This document shows positions 23,356-33,067 of a DNA stretch of 36,747 nt, piece after piece. A program made the position numbers and the translations under genes. How positions within the stretch are numbered: the stretch's first letter is position 1; the number at the start of each line of letters is the position of its first letter. The notes under the pieces are model-generated. The model saw nothing but the letters and a program-made list of their open reading frames with translations, had not been told where the DNA came from and did no database searches. Where the stretch lies: the IMG/VR virus record IMGVR_UViG_3300045988_125015. The stretch is one strand, 5' to 3'. The DNA is from a virus.

Positions 23356-23733
23356 ATGCCCAAGCCCAAGCGCAACATCAATGCCTCGACCGAGATCGAG
23401 ATGAGTGACGGCACAAAGCTCAAGCTCACGATCACGTGGGGACTGCTCATCAAGCTCCGAGCGCTCAACAAACAGCTCTATTCCCAATTTAGCCATGTGG
23501 TCATGGCTGGTGCCGCCGATGACGTACTCAAGATGCTTGACATCGTGTATTGCGGATACCTATGCCAGTACATCGAGGACAACGGCACGCTCGCCGATGC
23601 GCTCACGCAGGATGAGTTCATCTCCGTGGCGCCGGCCGACGTCAATGCGGTCACGATGGCGGCGATGGCGTTGATCTCCCCAAAAGAGATGGCGCGTTTT
23701 CGGAACCGTTCAGAAAGCGCGCAAGGGAATTAG
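23356..23733 (+). CDS. Tail assembly chaperone (gpG-like)
   Basis: 125 aa from ATG 23356, GGAGGA RBS. It lies immediately upstream of the tape measure gene. Confidence 0.65.
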   Translation: MPKPKRNINASTEIEMSDGTKLKLTITWGLLIKLRALNKQLYSQFSHVVMAGAADDVLKMLDIVYCGYLCQYIEDNGTLADALTQDEFISVAPADVNAVTMAAMALISPKEMARFRNRSESAQGN

Positions 23734-23954
23734 GCGCCAGGGAGAAATCCAAGCTGGTCGCGCGACCTCCGAAATTTGAAATCACCGACGTGGAAGATGC
23801 CTACGCCTTTTACGTCCTCGTCCTCGGCATGTCCGAGGACATTTTTTTTAACGCAGACATCCCATTTCTGCTGAGCGTCATGGCGAACAAAAACGCCTAT
23901 GACCTTTGGCAATCGTCTGTCGAGAACAAGCTCCGAGAGGAGGCGAAGAGGTAG
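23356..23954 (+). CDS. Tail assembly chaperone -1 frameshift product (gpGT-like)
   Basis: The -1 frame is open from 23679 to the TAG at 23952..23954. It has no start codon of its own and ends exactly where the tape measure GTG starts. Confidence 0.55.
23679..23685 (+). promoter_or_regulatory. Candidate -1 programmed frameshift slippery heptamer C CCA AAA
   Basis: The zero-frame codons are tcc|cca|aaa|gag, so the X XXY YYZ pattern lies at 23679..23685. Confidence 0.5.
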
Positions 23955-26788
23955 TGGCGAGCAAGAATACGGTCGAAATCAAATTTAAGGCCGAAACAGA
24001 GCAATTCCGTGCCGCCATCAAGTCGGCCAACTCGACCATGACCACGCTCCGCGGCGAACTCAAGCTCAATGCTGCGCAGATGAAGAACACCGGCGCATCG
24101 GTCGAGGCGCTGACGCGCAAGAAGAAACTGCTCGAGCAGCAGGACGAGACGCTACAGCAGAAGATCAACGCGCTCGCCTCACAGCTCGAGGCGTCCAACG
24201 CCGCCTTTGGTGAGAACTCAGTATCGTCCCAGAAGCTCACCAACCAACTCAACCAGGCTAAAGCCGCGCAGCAGAACGTCCGCGCCGCCATCAGCCAGAC
24301 GAGCACCGAGATCGAGAAGCAGGCCGACGCCGAGCAGCAGGCCGAGAGCGCCTACACGCAGCTGTCCAACAAAATCAACGAGCAGCGCTCAAAGCTCAAG
24401 CAGTTGCAGACGGCATATGCCGACGCCGTCATCGCAAAGGGCAAGGACTCGACCGAGGCCAAGGAGCTCGAGGGCAACATCCGCGAGCTCAATTCCGAGC
24501 TTCGCCAAAACGAGTCCAAGATGCGCGCTGCCGAGGATGCAGCGGCAGAGCTCGCGCGCGAGGAGGATAACCTCGCAGATTCAGCCGACCGCGCAAACGA
24601 CGGCTTCACGATCGCCAAGGGCGTGCTGTCCAATCTCGCGAGCGATGCGCTCTCGCGCGTCGCCCAGGGTGCCAAGGACACCGCCAAGGAGGTCATCGAC
24701 CTCGGCAAAACCTTCGAGCTGTCGCTGTCCAACGTTCAGGCGCTCTCAGGCGCGAGCGCCGATGACATGGAGCGCCTTGAGGCGAAGTCGCGTGAGCTCG
24801 GTGGCACGACCACTTTCTCGGCGGCTCAGGTAGCCGACGCATTCGGCTACATGGCGCTCGCCGGCTGGGATACCGAGCAATCGCTCGACGGCATCAACGG
24901 CGTGCTCACGCTCGCACAGGCGGGCTCAATGGACCTCGCGTCGGCATCAGACCTGCTCACCGACTACCTGTCGGCATTCTCGATGCAGGCAAGTGACGCC
25001 GCTACGATGACAGATGTGTTGGCTTATGCTCAGGGCAACGCCAACACCAACGTCGAGCAGCTTGGCGCCGCATTTAAGAATTGCGCGGCAAACTGCAACG
25101 CCGCCGGCATGGACGTCCAGACAACGACGGCATTTATCTCCGAGCTGTCCAATCAGGGACTCAAGGGCTCCGAGGCCGGTACTGCACTAAACGCCGTCAT
25201 GCGAGACATGACGGCGAAGATGTCCGATGGTGCCATCAAGATCGGCAACGCGAGCGTTGCCGTGATGGACGCGAACGGCAACTACCGCGACATGGTCGAC
25301 ATCATGCGCGATGTCGAGAGTGCGACGAATGGCATGGGCGACGCTGAAAAGGCGAGCGCTTTGCAATCGACCTTTACGGCTGACTCCATCAAGGGCCTCA
25401 ACCTCATCCTCAATGCCGGCACCGACGAGCTCGGCAGTTTCCGCGACGAGCTGTATAACTCCAAGGGCGCGGCTCAGGACATGGCCGCGACCATGACCGA
25501 CAACCTTGCCGGCGACCTGAGCAACCTCGACTCTGCGCTCGAGGAAGTCGGTCTCAAGCTCTATGACAAGTTCAAGGAGCCATTGCGCGAGGGTGTCCAG
25601 GTCATCAGCAATGACGTTGTCCCGGCGGTCGGCAATCTTATCGACAACTTCGACAAGATCGCGCCCGCCGTGGCTGGCGGTGCCGCCGGCATCGCGGCCT
25701 TTGCCATCGGCGCAAATATCGTGCCGATTCTTACCGCCGTTTCCGGTGGCGTGACCGCGCTCGGCGGTGCGGTCAGTTTCCTGCTATCGCCGATCGGGCT
25801 TGTCGCAATCGCGATCGCCGCGGCGACAGCCGCACTCGTCTATCTGTGGAATACCAACGACAGCTTCCGTAATACGGTCATGGGGATTTGGCAGCAGATT
25901 TGCGACACGATTTCTCAGGCTGTCGCGCAGATCCAGCCGGTGCTTGATGCGCTGTCGGTATTTTTCACGACTGGATTGCTGCCGGCCCTTCAATCTCTGG
26001 TTGATGGATACATCACCGGATTCGGCTTCATTGTCTCCGGCGCCATGGCTTTCGCATCTGGATTGCTTCAGGTCATAACCGGCGGGATGGCCGTTGTCCA
26101 AGGTGTAATTGATACCGTTCTTGGCGTAATTGTCGGTATTTTTACCAAAAATTTCACGATGGCGCAAAATGGCGTGCAGACGATTTTAAATGGCCTGTCC
26201 TCGATCGCGTCTGGAATTTTAAATGGCCTTGCCGGTGCGATCAGCGGAATTCTCGGCTCCGTGGTTTCCGTTTTTTCCGGCCAGTTTAATGCGATCACCT
26301 CAATCGTGGGCGGAGCCCTACAGGGGGTCGTTACTTTCTTTTCCGACAAGCTCGGTGCTGCGAAATCTACGGTGTCCGGCGCGCTAAATGCGATTTCCGG
26401 CTTTTTCAGCGGATGCAGGCTGCAACTGCCACACATCAACCTGCCGCACTTTTCAATCAGCGGTGATTTCTCGATCGTCCCGCCGAGGACGCCCAAGATC
26501 AGCGTCGAGTGGTATGCCAAGGGCGGCATTCTGAACAGGCCTACGCTTTTCGGCTTCAACGGCGACCGCGCTATGGTCGGCGGCGAGGCAGGCCCCGAGG
26601 CCGTGTTGCCGCTCTCGATCCTCCGAGGCTTCATCGAGGACACCTTTGAGCGCCACGCTGCCACATCTTCGACCAACAACTTGCAGATTACCGTCTACGC
26701 CGACGGCGACGCCGATGAGATCGCGAATACGGTCGCATACAAGGTTTTCGGTGCCATCGACCAGGCGATGACAGCGAATGGGAGGTAG
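23954..26788 (+). CDS. Tail tape measure protein
   Basis: 944 aa from GTG 23954. It has an N-terminal coiled coil, a TP901-type core (ELGGTTTFSAAQVADAFGYMALAGWDTEQS...) and Gly/Ala-rich hydrophobic repeats. Confidence 0.85.
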   Translation: MASKNTVEIKFKAETEQFRAAIKSANSTMTTLRGELKLNAAQMKNTGASVEALTRKKKLLEQQDETLQQKINALASQLEASNAAFGENSVSSQKLTNQLNQAKAAQQNVRAAISQTSTEIEKQADAEQQAESAYTQLSNKINEQRSKLKQLQTAYADAVIAKGKDSTEAKELEGNIRELNSELRQNESKMRAAEDAAAELAREEDNLADSADRANDGFTIAKGVLSNLASDALSRVAQGAKDTAKEVIDLGKTFELSLSNVQALSGASADDMERLEAKSRELGGTTTFSAAQVADAFGYMALAGWDTEQSLDGINGVLTLAQAGSMDLASASDLLTDYLSAFSMQASDAATMTDVLAYAQGNANTNVEQLGAAFKNCAANCNAAGMDVQTTTAFISELSNQGLKGSEAGTALNAVMRDMTAKMSDGAIKIGNASVAVMDANGNYRDMVDIMRDVESATNGMGDAEKASALQSTFTADSIKGLNLILNAGTDELGSFRDELYNSKGAAQDMAATMTDNLAGDLSNLDSALEEVGLKLYDKFKEPLREGVQVISNDVVPAVGNLIDNFDKIAPAVAGGAAGIAAFAIGANIVPILTAVSGGVTALGGAVSFLLSPIGLVAIAIAAATAALVYLWNTNDSFRNTVMGIWQQICDTISQAVAQIQPVLDALSVFFTTGLLPALQSLVDGYITGFGFIVSGAMAFASGLLQVITGGMAVVQGVIDTVLGVIVGIFTKNFTMAQNGVQTILNGLSSIASGILNGLAGAISGILGSVVSVFSGQFNAITSIVGGALQGVVTFFSDKLGAAKSTVSGALNAISGFFSGCRLQLPHINLPHFSISGDFSIVPPRTPKISVEWYAKGGILNRPTLFGFNGDRAMVGGEAGPEAVLPLSILRGFIEDTFERHAATSSTNNLQITVYADGDADEIANTVAYKVFGAIDQAMTANGR

Positions 26789-26791
26789 CGC

Positions 26792-28948
26792 ATGGCTTAT
26801 CATGCCGGCAACTGGGCTGGCCCGGCGGCGCTTTTCCGCGTGGTCGTCGCCTACAGCTTCGAGAACTACCGCGATGACGTTGTCAATCTCAAGGCTCGTT
26901 ACTATGTCGAGGTCTCTGCCAACTCGTCATTCAACGGCACCATCCTTAAGACGAGTTGGGGTCAGACCGTCAGGCTTTACGGTCAGGGCGTATACGCCGA
27001 TACCGGGTGGTGCGACTGGGGTGATGTCGGATACGGCCACACGGCTCGCGCGAGCATCTCCGCGGACTACACCTCATATTCTGGCGCTTACCACAAATCG
27101 TCTGTCGAGGGCGTCGAGACGGTCGGCGCACCTGAATGGCAACCGTACAACATCTCTGGCCTCAAGGTCGAGCGCCAATCCGACAGCTCCGCGAAACTGT
27201 CGTGGGGAAACAATGCACACGCCGCCCGTCCGTACCGACACATCTACATCGACCAGCGCATCGACGGTGGTGCATGGTCGAATGTCGCTGACCTCACCAA
27301 CTCGCCGACGTCCTGGACGGCATCGACCGCACCTGACCACTCGTATGAGTGGCGCGTCATACCCAACAACTACAACAGCTCGGCGCCCGATTACCAGTAC
27401 GCCGGGCCAATCTACAACACGCCTGCGCCTCCGAGATTCGTCTCGGTCGCGCGCAAGAGCAACACGATCGTCACGGCTGTGCTTGAAAACAGCTCGAACA
27501 CTGCCACCTCGCTCGAGTATCAGACGTGCAAGCAGGGGAGCACGGGATGGGGGGAATGGGGCGAGTCGACCTATGTCGACGGCCTCGTAAAGACCTTCGA
27601 TGTCGACCTCGGCGGCGGCACCTTCAAGCTGCGCGCTCGAAACAAACGCCTGCACCTCGACAGCGAATGGGCCGAGTCCGATTCGGTCGTGACAATCTGC
27701 CCGCCGATGGCTCCGACACTCGTGACGCCGGCATCGTCTGGTGTCATCGCGTCCAACGAGTCTACGGTCGCATACCAGTGGCGCCATAACCCGTATGACG
27801 GCTCAGATCAGCAAAAGGCAGAGCTCGCCATCAGTACAGACGGCGGCAGCAGCTGGACGGTCGATGAAGTCACCGGCAATCAGAGCACAATCGTCAAGGC
27901 AAACGTATATGGCGTTAATCAGCGGGTCGTTTGGCGCGTCCGCACAAAGGGTGCGGATGACAATTTTGGACCCTGGTCGGCCAACCGCACCTTTAGCGTG
28001 CGACAGCGCCCGACTGTTGTCATCGAGCAGCCCGCGGACGGCTTTGTCATCACCGACGTGCCGATCTCGCTAAAGCTGACGTATATCGACCAGTCCGGCA
28101 CCGTGCAGGCATCGACGCTCACGATCACGCGCGGCGACGAGGTGGTCTTTACAAAGTCGCTCGGCAAGTCCCTCACGACCACCATCACGACCGACGAGTG
28201 GGTGCCGGTTGATGGCGAGACCTACGTGATCAACGTCATGTCCCGATCGACCTCGTCGCTCACGGCGACCACGAAACGCACCGTCAAGACCAAGTTTCGC
28301 CTGCCTCAGCGCGGAAACATCTTCGTTGAGACGGACCCGGTCACCGGATGCGCGACTGTACAGGTCAGGCTCTCGCGCGACAGCGAGCTCGCCACTGCCG
28401 TGTGCCTCGACCTCTACCGCGTGACCGAGACCGGACGCATCAAGATCGGCTCCGACATGAGCGACGGTGCCGAGGTCATCGACCGCTTCGCTCCGCTCAA
28501 CATCGAGTACACCTACGAGGCCGTCACGACCTCCGGCACCGGCGCCGTCAACACCTCGACCGCCACCGGTATCATCGAGACGCCGTGGTGGTTCATTATT
28601 TACGATGGTGGTATAGCTCAGGCGATGTGGGAGCCATCCGGCTCACGCACGCCCACGCGCCCGTCCGATGAGATCGTTGAGCTCGATGGCAGGACGTGGC
28701 CCCTGCTCGTCCAATCGCGTCAACGCTCGCTCAAGATTGATTTTTCCGGGTGGGTCGAGTCCCGAGAGCAGGCGCGCGCATTCGAGAGTATGACCTTCGC
28801 CTCGGGTGACAAGATCTACAAGGGCCTGTCGGGTGACGTTTTCCATTGCTCCGCATCGGCGAAAATCGATGAGGAATACGACGGATTCGAGGACTACAGC
28901 GCATCGGTCTCAGTATCCATTACGAGAGTCGACGGCGGTGAGGTCTGA
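26792..28948 (+). CDS. Distal tail (Dit-like) protein with multiple FN3-like repeats
   Basis: 718 aa. It has repeated roughly 90-aa modules ending W..W.......(F/V) (e.g. SYEWRVIPNN, VVWRVRTKGADDNFGPWS). The C-terminal part looks like a siphovirus tail protein. It is the first gene after the tape measure. Confidence 0.55.
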   Translation: MAYHAGNWAGPAALFRVVVAYSFENYRDDVVNLKARYYVEVSANSSFNGTILKTSWGQTVRLYGQGVYADTGWCDWGDVGYGHTARASISADYTSYSGAYHKSSVEGVETVGAPEWQPYNISGLKVERQSDSSAKLSWGNNAHAARPYRHIYIDQRIDGGAWSNVADLTNSPTSWTASTAPDHSYEWRVIPNNYNSSAPDYQYAGPIYNTPAPPRFVSVARKSNTIVTAVLENSSNTATSLEYQTCKQGSTGWGEWGESTYVDGLVKTFDVDLGGGTFKLRARNKRLHLDSEWAESDSVVTICPPMAPTLVTPASSGVIASNESTVAYQWRHNPYDGSDQQKAELAISTDGGSSWTVDEVTGNQSTIVKANVYGVNQRVVWRVRTKGADDNFGPWSANRTFSVRQRPTVVIEQPADGFVITDVPISLKLTYIDQSGTVQASTLTITRGDEVVFTKSLGKSLTTTITTDEWVPVDGETYVINVMSRSTSSLTATTKRTVKTKFRLPQRGNIFVETDPVTGCATVQVRLSRDSELATAVCLDLYRVTETGRIKIGSDMSDGAEVIDRFAPLNIEYTYEAVTTSGTGAVNTSTATGIIETPWWFIIYDGGIAQAMWEPSGSRTPTRPSDEIVELDGRTWPLLVQSRQRSLKIDFSGWVESREQARAFESMTFASGDKIYKGLSGDVFHCSASAKIDEEYDGFEDYSASVSVSITRVDGGEV

Positions 28949-30069
28949 TGGCCGACTGGAAGGGCGCTCGCTACGATGCAGGATGGCTCTACCGTCGAAT
29001 CAAATGGGGGACGTGGGACGAGCTCGGACTTTACGACAACATCGAGAGCGCGAGCATCAACCGCTCGGCATTCGACACGCTCAAGACGTCCGGTTCGCTC
29101 AAGTATTTCGGCGCCGCGCCCGATGAGGTGGACGCGCTCGCGCTCATCTACACGTTCCGCGACCGAAACGGCGTGACGGTCGAGCAGAGACGCGCGACCG
29201 TCCTCGTGGAATCTGATGAGCCGGACTACACCTCGCTCGACGGCGGTGGAGTCCGGCAATCCGGTAGCTCTAAGCTCTACTCGCTGCTCAAAGTCCTGTC
29301 CGATACAAAGCTCAAGGTGCCCTACACGGTCACGGCTGGCACCAACGCCATCGCCGCCGCCAACAAGATCATCACCGGCACCGGCCTGCGAACTAACTGC
29401 CAATCATCCAGCTATCTGTTGAGTTGCGACCACACTTTCGCACCTGACGATACTCTGCTCGATGTTGTCAACTACCTGCTCGATGCCGCGGGGTACGGTT
29501 CTGCCGATACAGATGCCTACGGCACGGTCATCCTCAAGCCCTACATCGAGCCGACCGCCCGCGAGCTCGCCTGGACTTTTGCCAACGATGAGACCTCGAC
29601 GCTCATGCCCGGAATCGAGTCTGAGAACGATTGGCGCAATACGCCCAACATCGTCGTGCTCACCTATGAGACAGATGATGAGACGTATATCGCCCAGGCT
29701 CGCAACATCGACCCCGAGAGCAGGGCGTCGCTGCCATCGCGCTCGTGGCGCGAGAATTCCACGGTCGAGCAGGTCAGCGAACTTGACGGTGAGACCAAGG
29801 AGGAACGGCTTGAAAACCTCAAGACGCTCGCGCGAAAGAAGCTGCTCGATGGCAGCTCCGAAATCCAGTACACCAAGGTCAAGACGCTGCTCGTGCCGGT
29901 AGAAATCAATGACGCCGTCGGTGTGCTCTACTCAGGGCTCAAGCGCCAGGGCGCGATCACCTCAATTGATACCTCGTGCACGCCGACAGCCGAGTCGAAT
30001 GTCAAGATTCGAGAATTCATCAGGCGCGACCTGCTCGTCGATGTGATCGGTCAGGTTATCGCCGCATAA
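28948..30069 (+). CDS. Tail-associated / baseplate protein
   Basis: 373 aa with an ATGA-type overlap. It is the second gene after the tape measure. Confidence 0.45.
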   Translation: MADWKGARYDAGWLYRRIKWGTWDELGLYDNIESASINRSAFDTLKTSGSLKYFGAAPDEVDALALIYTFRDRNGVTVEQRRATVLVESDEPDYTSLDGGGVRQSGSSKLYSLLKVLSDTKLKVPYTVTAGTNAIAAANKIITGTGLRTNCQSSSYLLSCDHTFAPDDTLLDVVNYLLDAAGYGSADTDAYGTVILKPYIEPTARELAWTFANDETSTLMPGIESENDWRNTPNIVVLTYETDDETYIAQARNIDPESRASLPSRSWRENSTVEQVSELDGETKEERLENLKTLARKKLLDGSSEIQYTKVKTLLVPVEINDAVGVLYSGLKRQGAITSIDTSCTPTAESNVKIREFIRRDLLVDVIGQVIAA

Positions 30070-30082
30070 AGGGGGTCAAACC

Positions 30083-30328
30083 ATGGCTGACAGCATGGTC
30101 CGCGAGGCCGAGCGCGCCTTGCGGCTCAGTCAGGCACCGCGCTCGCCAGATTATCACGTGCGAGGCAAGGTCATGGCGGTGAAGGACGGCGCATATCAGG
30201 TGCGTCTTTCCGCTGCCGAGAACTTGACCGCCTGTTCGCGGTACTGCGACGCAAAGGTCGGTGACACCGTACTGGTCCTGGTCATGTCGAGCGGCCAATG
30301 CGCCGCCATCGCAAAGCTAATCAAGTAA
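30083..30328 (+). CDS. Small tail/baseplate protein
   Basis: 81 aa, located within the tail module. Confidence 0.4.
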   Translation: MADSMVREAERALRLSQAPRSPDYHVRGKVMAVKDGAYQVRLSAAENLTACSRYCDAKVGDTVLVLVMSSGQCAAIAKLIK

Positions 30329-30341
30329 AGAGAGGGGCGTT

Positions 30342-31166
30342 ATGGCTCAAGAACTAACGTTCGATACAAAAAAGCCCGAGAATGCCTTTAGGGAGCAGCG
30401 AATCGACCCGCTTCGCCGAGGCGAGCGCGGAAACCGCGAGCTCACGGTGAGCATCGCCTACAAGGGCATCCCTTACGACCTCACCGGCTGCACCGTGCGA
30501 TTCGTCGGCACCACCGGCACCGGTCAGCTCGTGGGTCCGATCGAGATCGAGGTCGCCAACGCGCCCGCCGGCATGGTCCGCCATGTTCTGCCGGCTGAGA
30601 TGTCGACCGATGCTGGACTCGCGCATTGGTACTACGAGATTTACAAGGGAGAGGACTATCTCGACACGACCGAGTCATGCTCGGTAAAGGTCCTGCAAAA
30701 TGCCGATATCGGCGGTCAGCAGGCGACGGTCTATATCTCGATTTTGGAACAGGCGAAAATCGATGAGCAGGCACGTACCGTTGCCGAGACCAAGCGCGCC
30801 GAGGCCGAGAAACAGCGCGTTGCCAACGAGACAGAGCGCGAGACTTCCTTTATAGAGATGTCGAACAAGCTCTCTGCTGCGACCGCAGCTGCCAAAGCCG
30901 CTCGCGATGATGCGACCGCATCTGCCATCGCTGCCAAGGAGTCCGAGGATGCTGCCGCGGCTAGTGCCTTGAGCGCCGGTAAATCGGCAGACAGCGCCGC
31001 CGCCGCCATCAAGGAGACGGCTGATGCCGCCGCCGATGCGCGACTCGCGGCAGAGGAGGCGCGAGGCTCCATTTCTGCCGACAAGAGCATGTATTTCAAG
31101 CGCATTACCGATGAGAACGGCGACACATGGCCTGTCATCGTCGATACGACCGTTAAGGGGGACTAA
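30342..31166 (+). CDS. BppU-like baseplate upper protein with Ala-rich coiled coil
   Basis: 274 aa. The N-terminal Ig-like segment (ELTVSIAYKGIPYDLTGCTVRFVG...) is followed by an Ala/Glu-rich coiled coil. Confidence 0.5.
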   Translation: MAQELTFDTKKPENAFREQRIDPLRRGERGNRELTVSIAYKGIPYDLTGCTVRFVGTTGTGQLVGPIEIEVANAPAGMVRHVLPAEMSTDAGLAHWYYEIYKGEDYLDTTESCSVKVLQNADIGGQQATVYISILEQAKIDEQARTVAETKRAEAEKQRVANETERETSFIEMSNKLSAATAAAKAARDDATASAIAAKESEDAAAASALSAGKSADSAAAAIKETADAAADARLAAEEARGSISADKSMYFKRITDENGDTWPVIVDTTVKGD

Positions 31167-32759
31167 ATGGATCATATCTTTCCAGTAAATGACACGTTTG
31201 AAAAGGGCTTTGGCACTATCACCGATGCCATCCTGAGCCTGAATGTCGCACCTGCGCCCTATCCGGAATGGGATGCCGCCAAGGGCGAATTCACCGTCAA
31301 GTCCATCCTGCGATGGCTGAGCTCGGAAAGCGACGGCAAGATCTACGCCGTCGACCAGACGCTCGATGCCGTTCAGACGCCCACCAAGAGCCTCGCAAAC
31401 GCCGACATCGCCAACCCGGTGCCGTCCACGCTGCTCAAGCCAGGCACCGACCCTTACATGGGTGTCGGTCCGTTCCGCTATGAGCACGTCAACGGCTACA
31501 AGGACAATGCCGGTACCTGGCACATCACCGGCATGCGCTCCTTTGGCAACTTCTCCTATACGGACGGTCGAGACGTTTTCGCCCTCGCGCCCGTGCGCTA
31601 TGTGTTCCATGGCATCGTCGATGGCAAGTATCGTGTCGCCTGTTCCGACCGTCCCCATGTTGGCTACGTTCCCGAGGACCGCTCGATCCGTATTGACGGC
31701 ACGCTCGAGCCATTCATGTGCCGCGCGGCTTTTGGCGCATCCAAGGATTCAGCCGGAAAGCCCTGCTCGGTCGCCGGCGCCAAGCTCTGGACCCGTAGCT
31801 GCTCGCACAATTCGATGAATGATGCAGCCAAGAAGAAGGGCACCGAGTACAGCGGCTATACCGCAGCGGACTACGATTATCTTTACGAGATGAACCTGCT
31901 CAAGTATGCCAACAAGTCGAGTCAGGCCAATTTCGCCGGCTGCTCGAACCATACCGAGCAGACGCCCGTCACGGTGGCAGGCACCGGTGCGCCCACCGTC
32001 ACCATCGCCAAGACCGTCGCCGACAAGTGGCCCATCGGCTCTGCCGTCATGGTCGGCACCACCAAGGTCGCCGGTCGAGACCGAGGCAATGCCGATGCCT
32101 TCGACATCGCTGATCAGGCCAACATCGTCAAAAAGACCGTCGCCGGCGACAACGTCGTGCTGACGCTCGACTGCGGCAACATCTCGACCGAGGTCGGTCA
32201 GCTTGTCTCCACGGCTCCGTGGAATCCCGGCGCGACCGTCGGCATCGTCGGCGACGGCTCGCCCTACGATAATAAGTCCGGTCGCGAGCCCTTCACCATC
32301 CAGGGCATCGAGGTCATGCTTGGCGCCTGGGAGATTCTCGGCGATCAGCTCGTCAAGGGCGAGGATGACGGCTATGGCTACTACCTTGTCGAGGACACGT
32401 CCAAGTCTGCCACCTCCGTGACCTCCGACTACACCAAGATTTTCACTTTGCCGATCAAGTCCGCCGATGGCGAGATGTACCCGTCGGCAATGGTCAAGGG
32501 CAAGGGCTCTCTGGTGCCATATGGCACCGGCGGCTCAACCGGCGCAGGTGTCGGTGACGGCATTTGGTATTACGGTGGGAAAAAGACCGATACGTATGAA
32601 GTCCGGGTGTTCGGCATCCTCTGGTATGGCTCTAGCGCTGGCTTGCGCCGCGCGGACCTTGACAGCTGGCCGGCCTGGGCGTGGTGGGGCTACGCTTCGC
32701 GCGTCTCGCCAAATGGTCGAAACAGGGTGAATGCCGACGTGCCGCCGCAGGCGGCGTAA
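31167..32759 (+). CDS. Tail fibre / receptor-binding protein; DGR target with C-terminal variable region
   Basis: 530 aa, the last structural gene before the lysis region. The C-terminal VRVFGILWYGSSAGLRRADLDSWPAWAWWGYASRV is encoded by the VR. Confidence 0.8.
   Translation: MDHIFPVNDTFEKGFGTITDAILSLNVAPAPYPEWDAAKGEFTVKSILRWLSSESDGKIYAVDQTLDAVQTPTKSLANADIANPVPSTLLKPGTDPYMGVGPFRYEHVNGYKDNAGTWHITGMRSFGNFSYTDGRDVFALAPVRYVFHGIVDGKYRVACSDRPHVGYVPEDRSIRIDGTLEPFMCRAAFGASKDSAGKPCSVAGAKLWTRSCSHNSMNDAAKKKGTEYSGYTAADYDYLYEMNLLKYANKSSQANFAGCSNHTEQTPVTVAGTGAPTVTIAKTVADKWPIGSAVMVGTTKVAGRDRGNADAFDIADQANIVKKTVAGDNVVLTLDCGNISTEVGQLVSTAPWNPGATVGIVGDGSPYDNKSGREPFTIQGIEVMLGAWEILGDQLVKGEDDGYGYYLVEDTSKSATSVTSDYTKIFTLPIKSADGEMYPSAMVKGKGSLVPYGTGGSTGAGVGDGIWYYGGKKTDTYEVRVFGILWYGSSAGLRRADLDSWPAWAWWGYASRVSPNGRNRVNADVPPQAA
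32601..32707 (+). repeat. DGR variable region (VR)
   Basis: 107-bp ungapped match to 32832..32938. All 16 mismatches are at template adenines. Confidence 0.9.
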
Positions 32760-32831
32760 GTCGGCAGAGGGGCGGCGCCCCTGAAAAACGACCCAGGGAC
32801 CTGCCGTGCATGCAGGTGGAATTCCTTTTTC

Positions 32832-32938
32832 GTCCAGGTGTTCGGCAACCTCAGGAATGGCTCTAACGCTGGCTTGCGCCGCGCGAACCTTAACAACTGG
32901 CCGGACAGGGCGAGGTGGAACAACGCTTCGCGCGAATC
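32832..32938 (+). repeat. DGR template region (TR)
   Basis: Non-coding copy of the VR containing 23 adenines. Read in the VR frame it contains six AAC codons and one AAT codon. Confidence 0.9.
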
Positions 32939-33067
32939 TGATTGATAGCTCCCATATAAAACCCGCACGGCAGAGTACCCGGTGGAAGCATCGGGCACGC
33001 CTGGCTTAACCAAGTGAAATGGCATATAAGACCACCGGGCCAGTAGGCATTTTGCCGACCACTCGGA

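Noticed and set aside
26778-27590. Alternative-frame 270-aa plus-strand ORF inside the Dit-like gene
   Set aside because: Its composition is extremely rich in S/T/R/P. It overlaps a frame with coherent FN3-like repeats that starts with a good RBS at 26792.
30675-31658. Minus-strand 327-aa ORF (and 30731..31138) across the BppU-like and fibre genes
   Set aside because: It is an antisense shadow of an Ala-rich coiled-coil coding region. It has no RBS or context, and the opposite strand is part of an uninterrupted structural operon.
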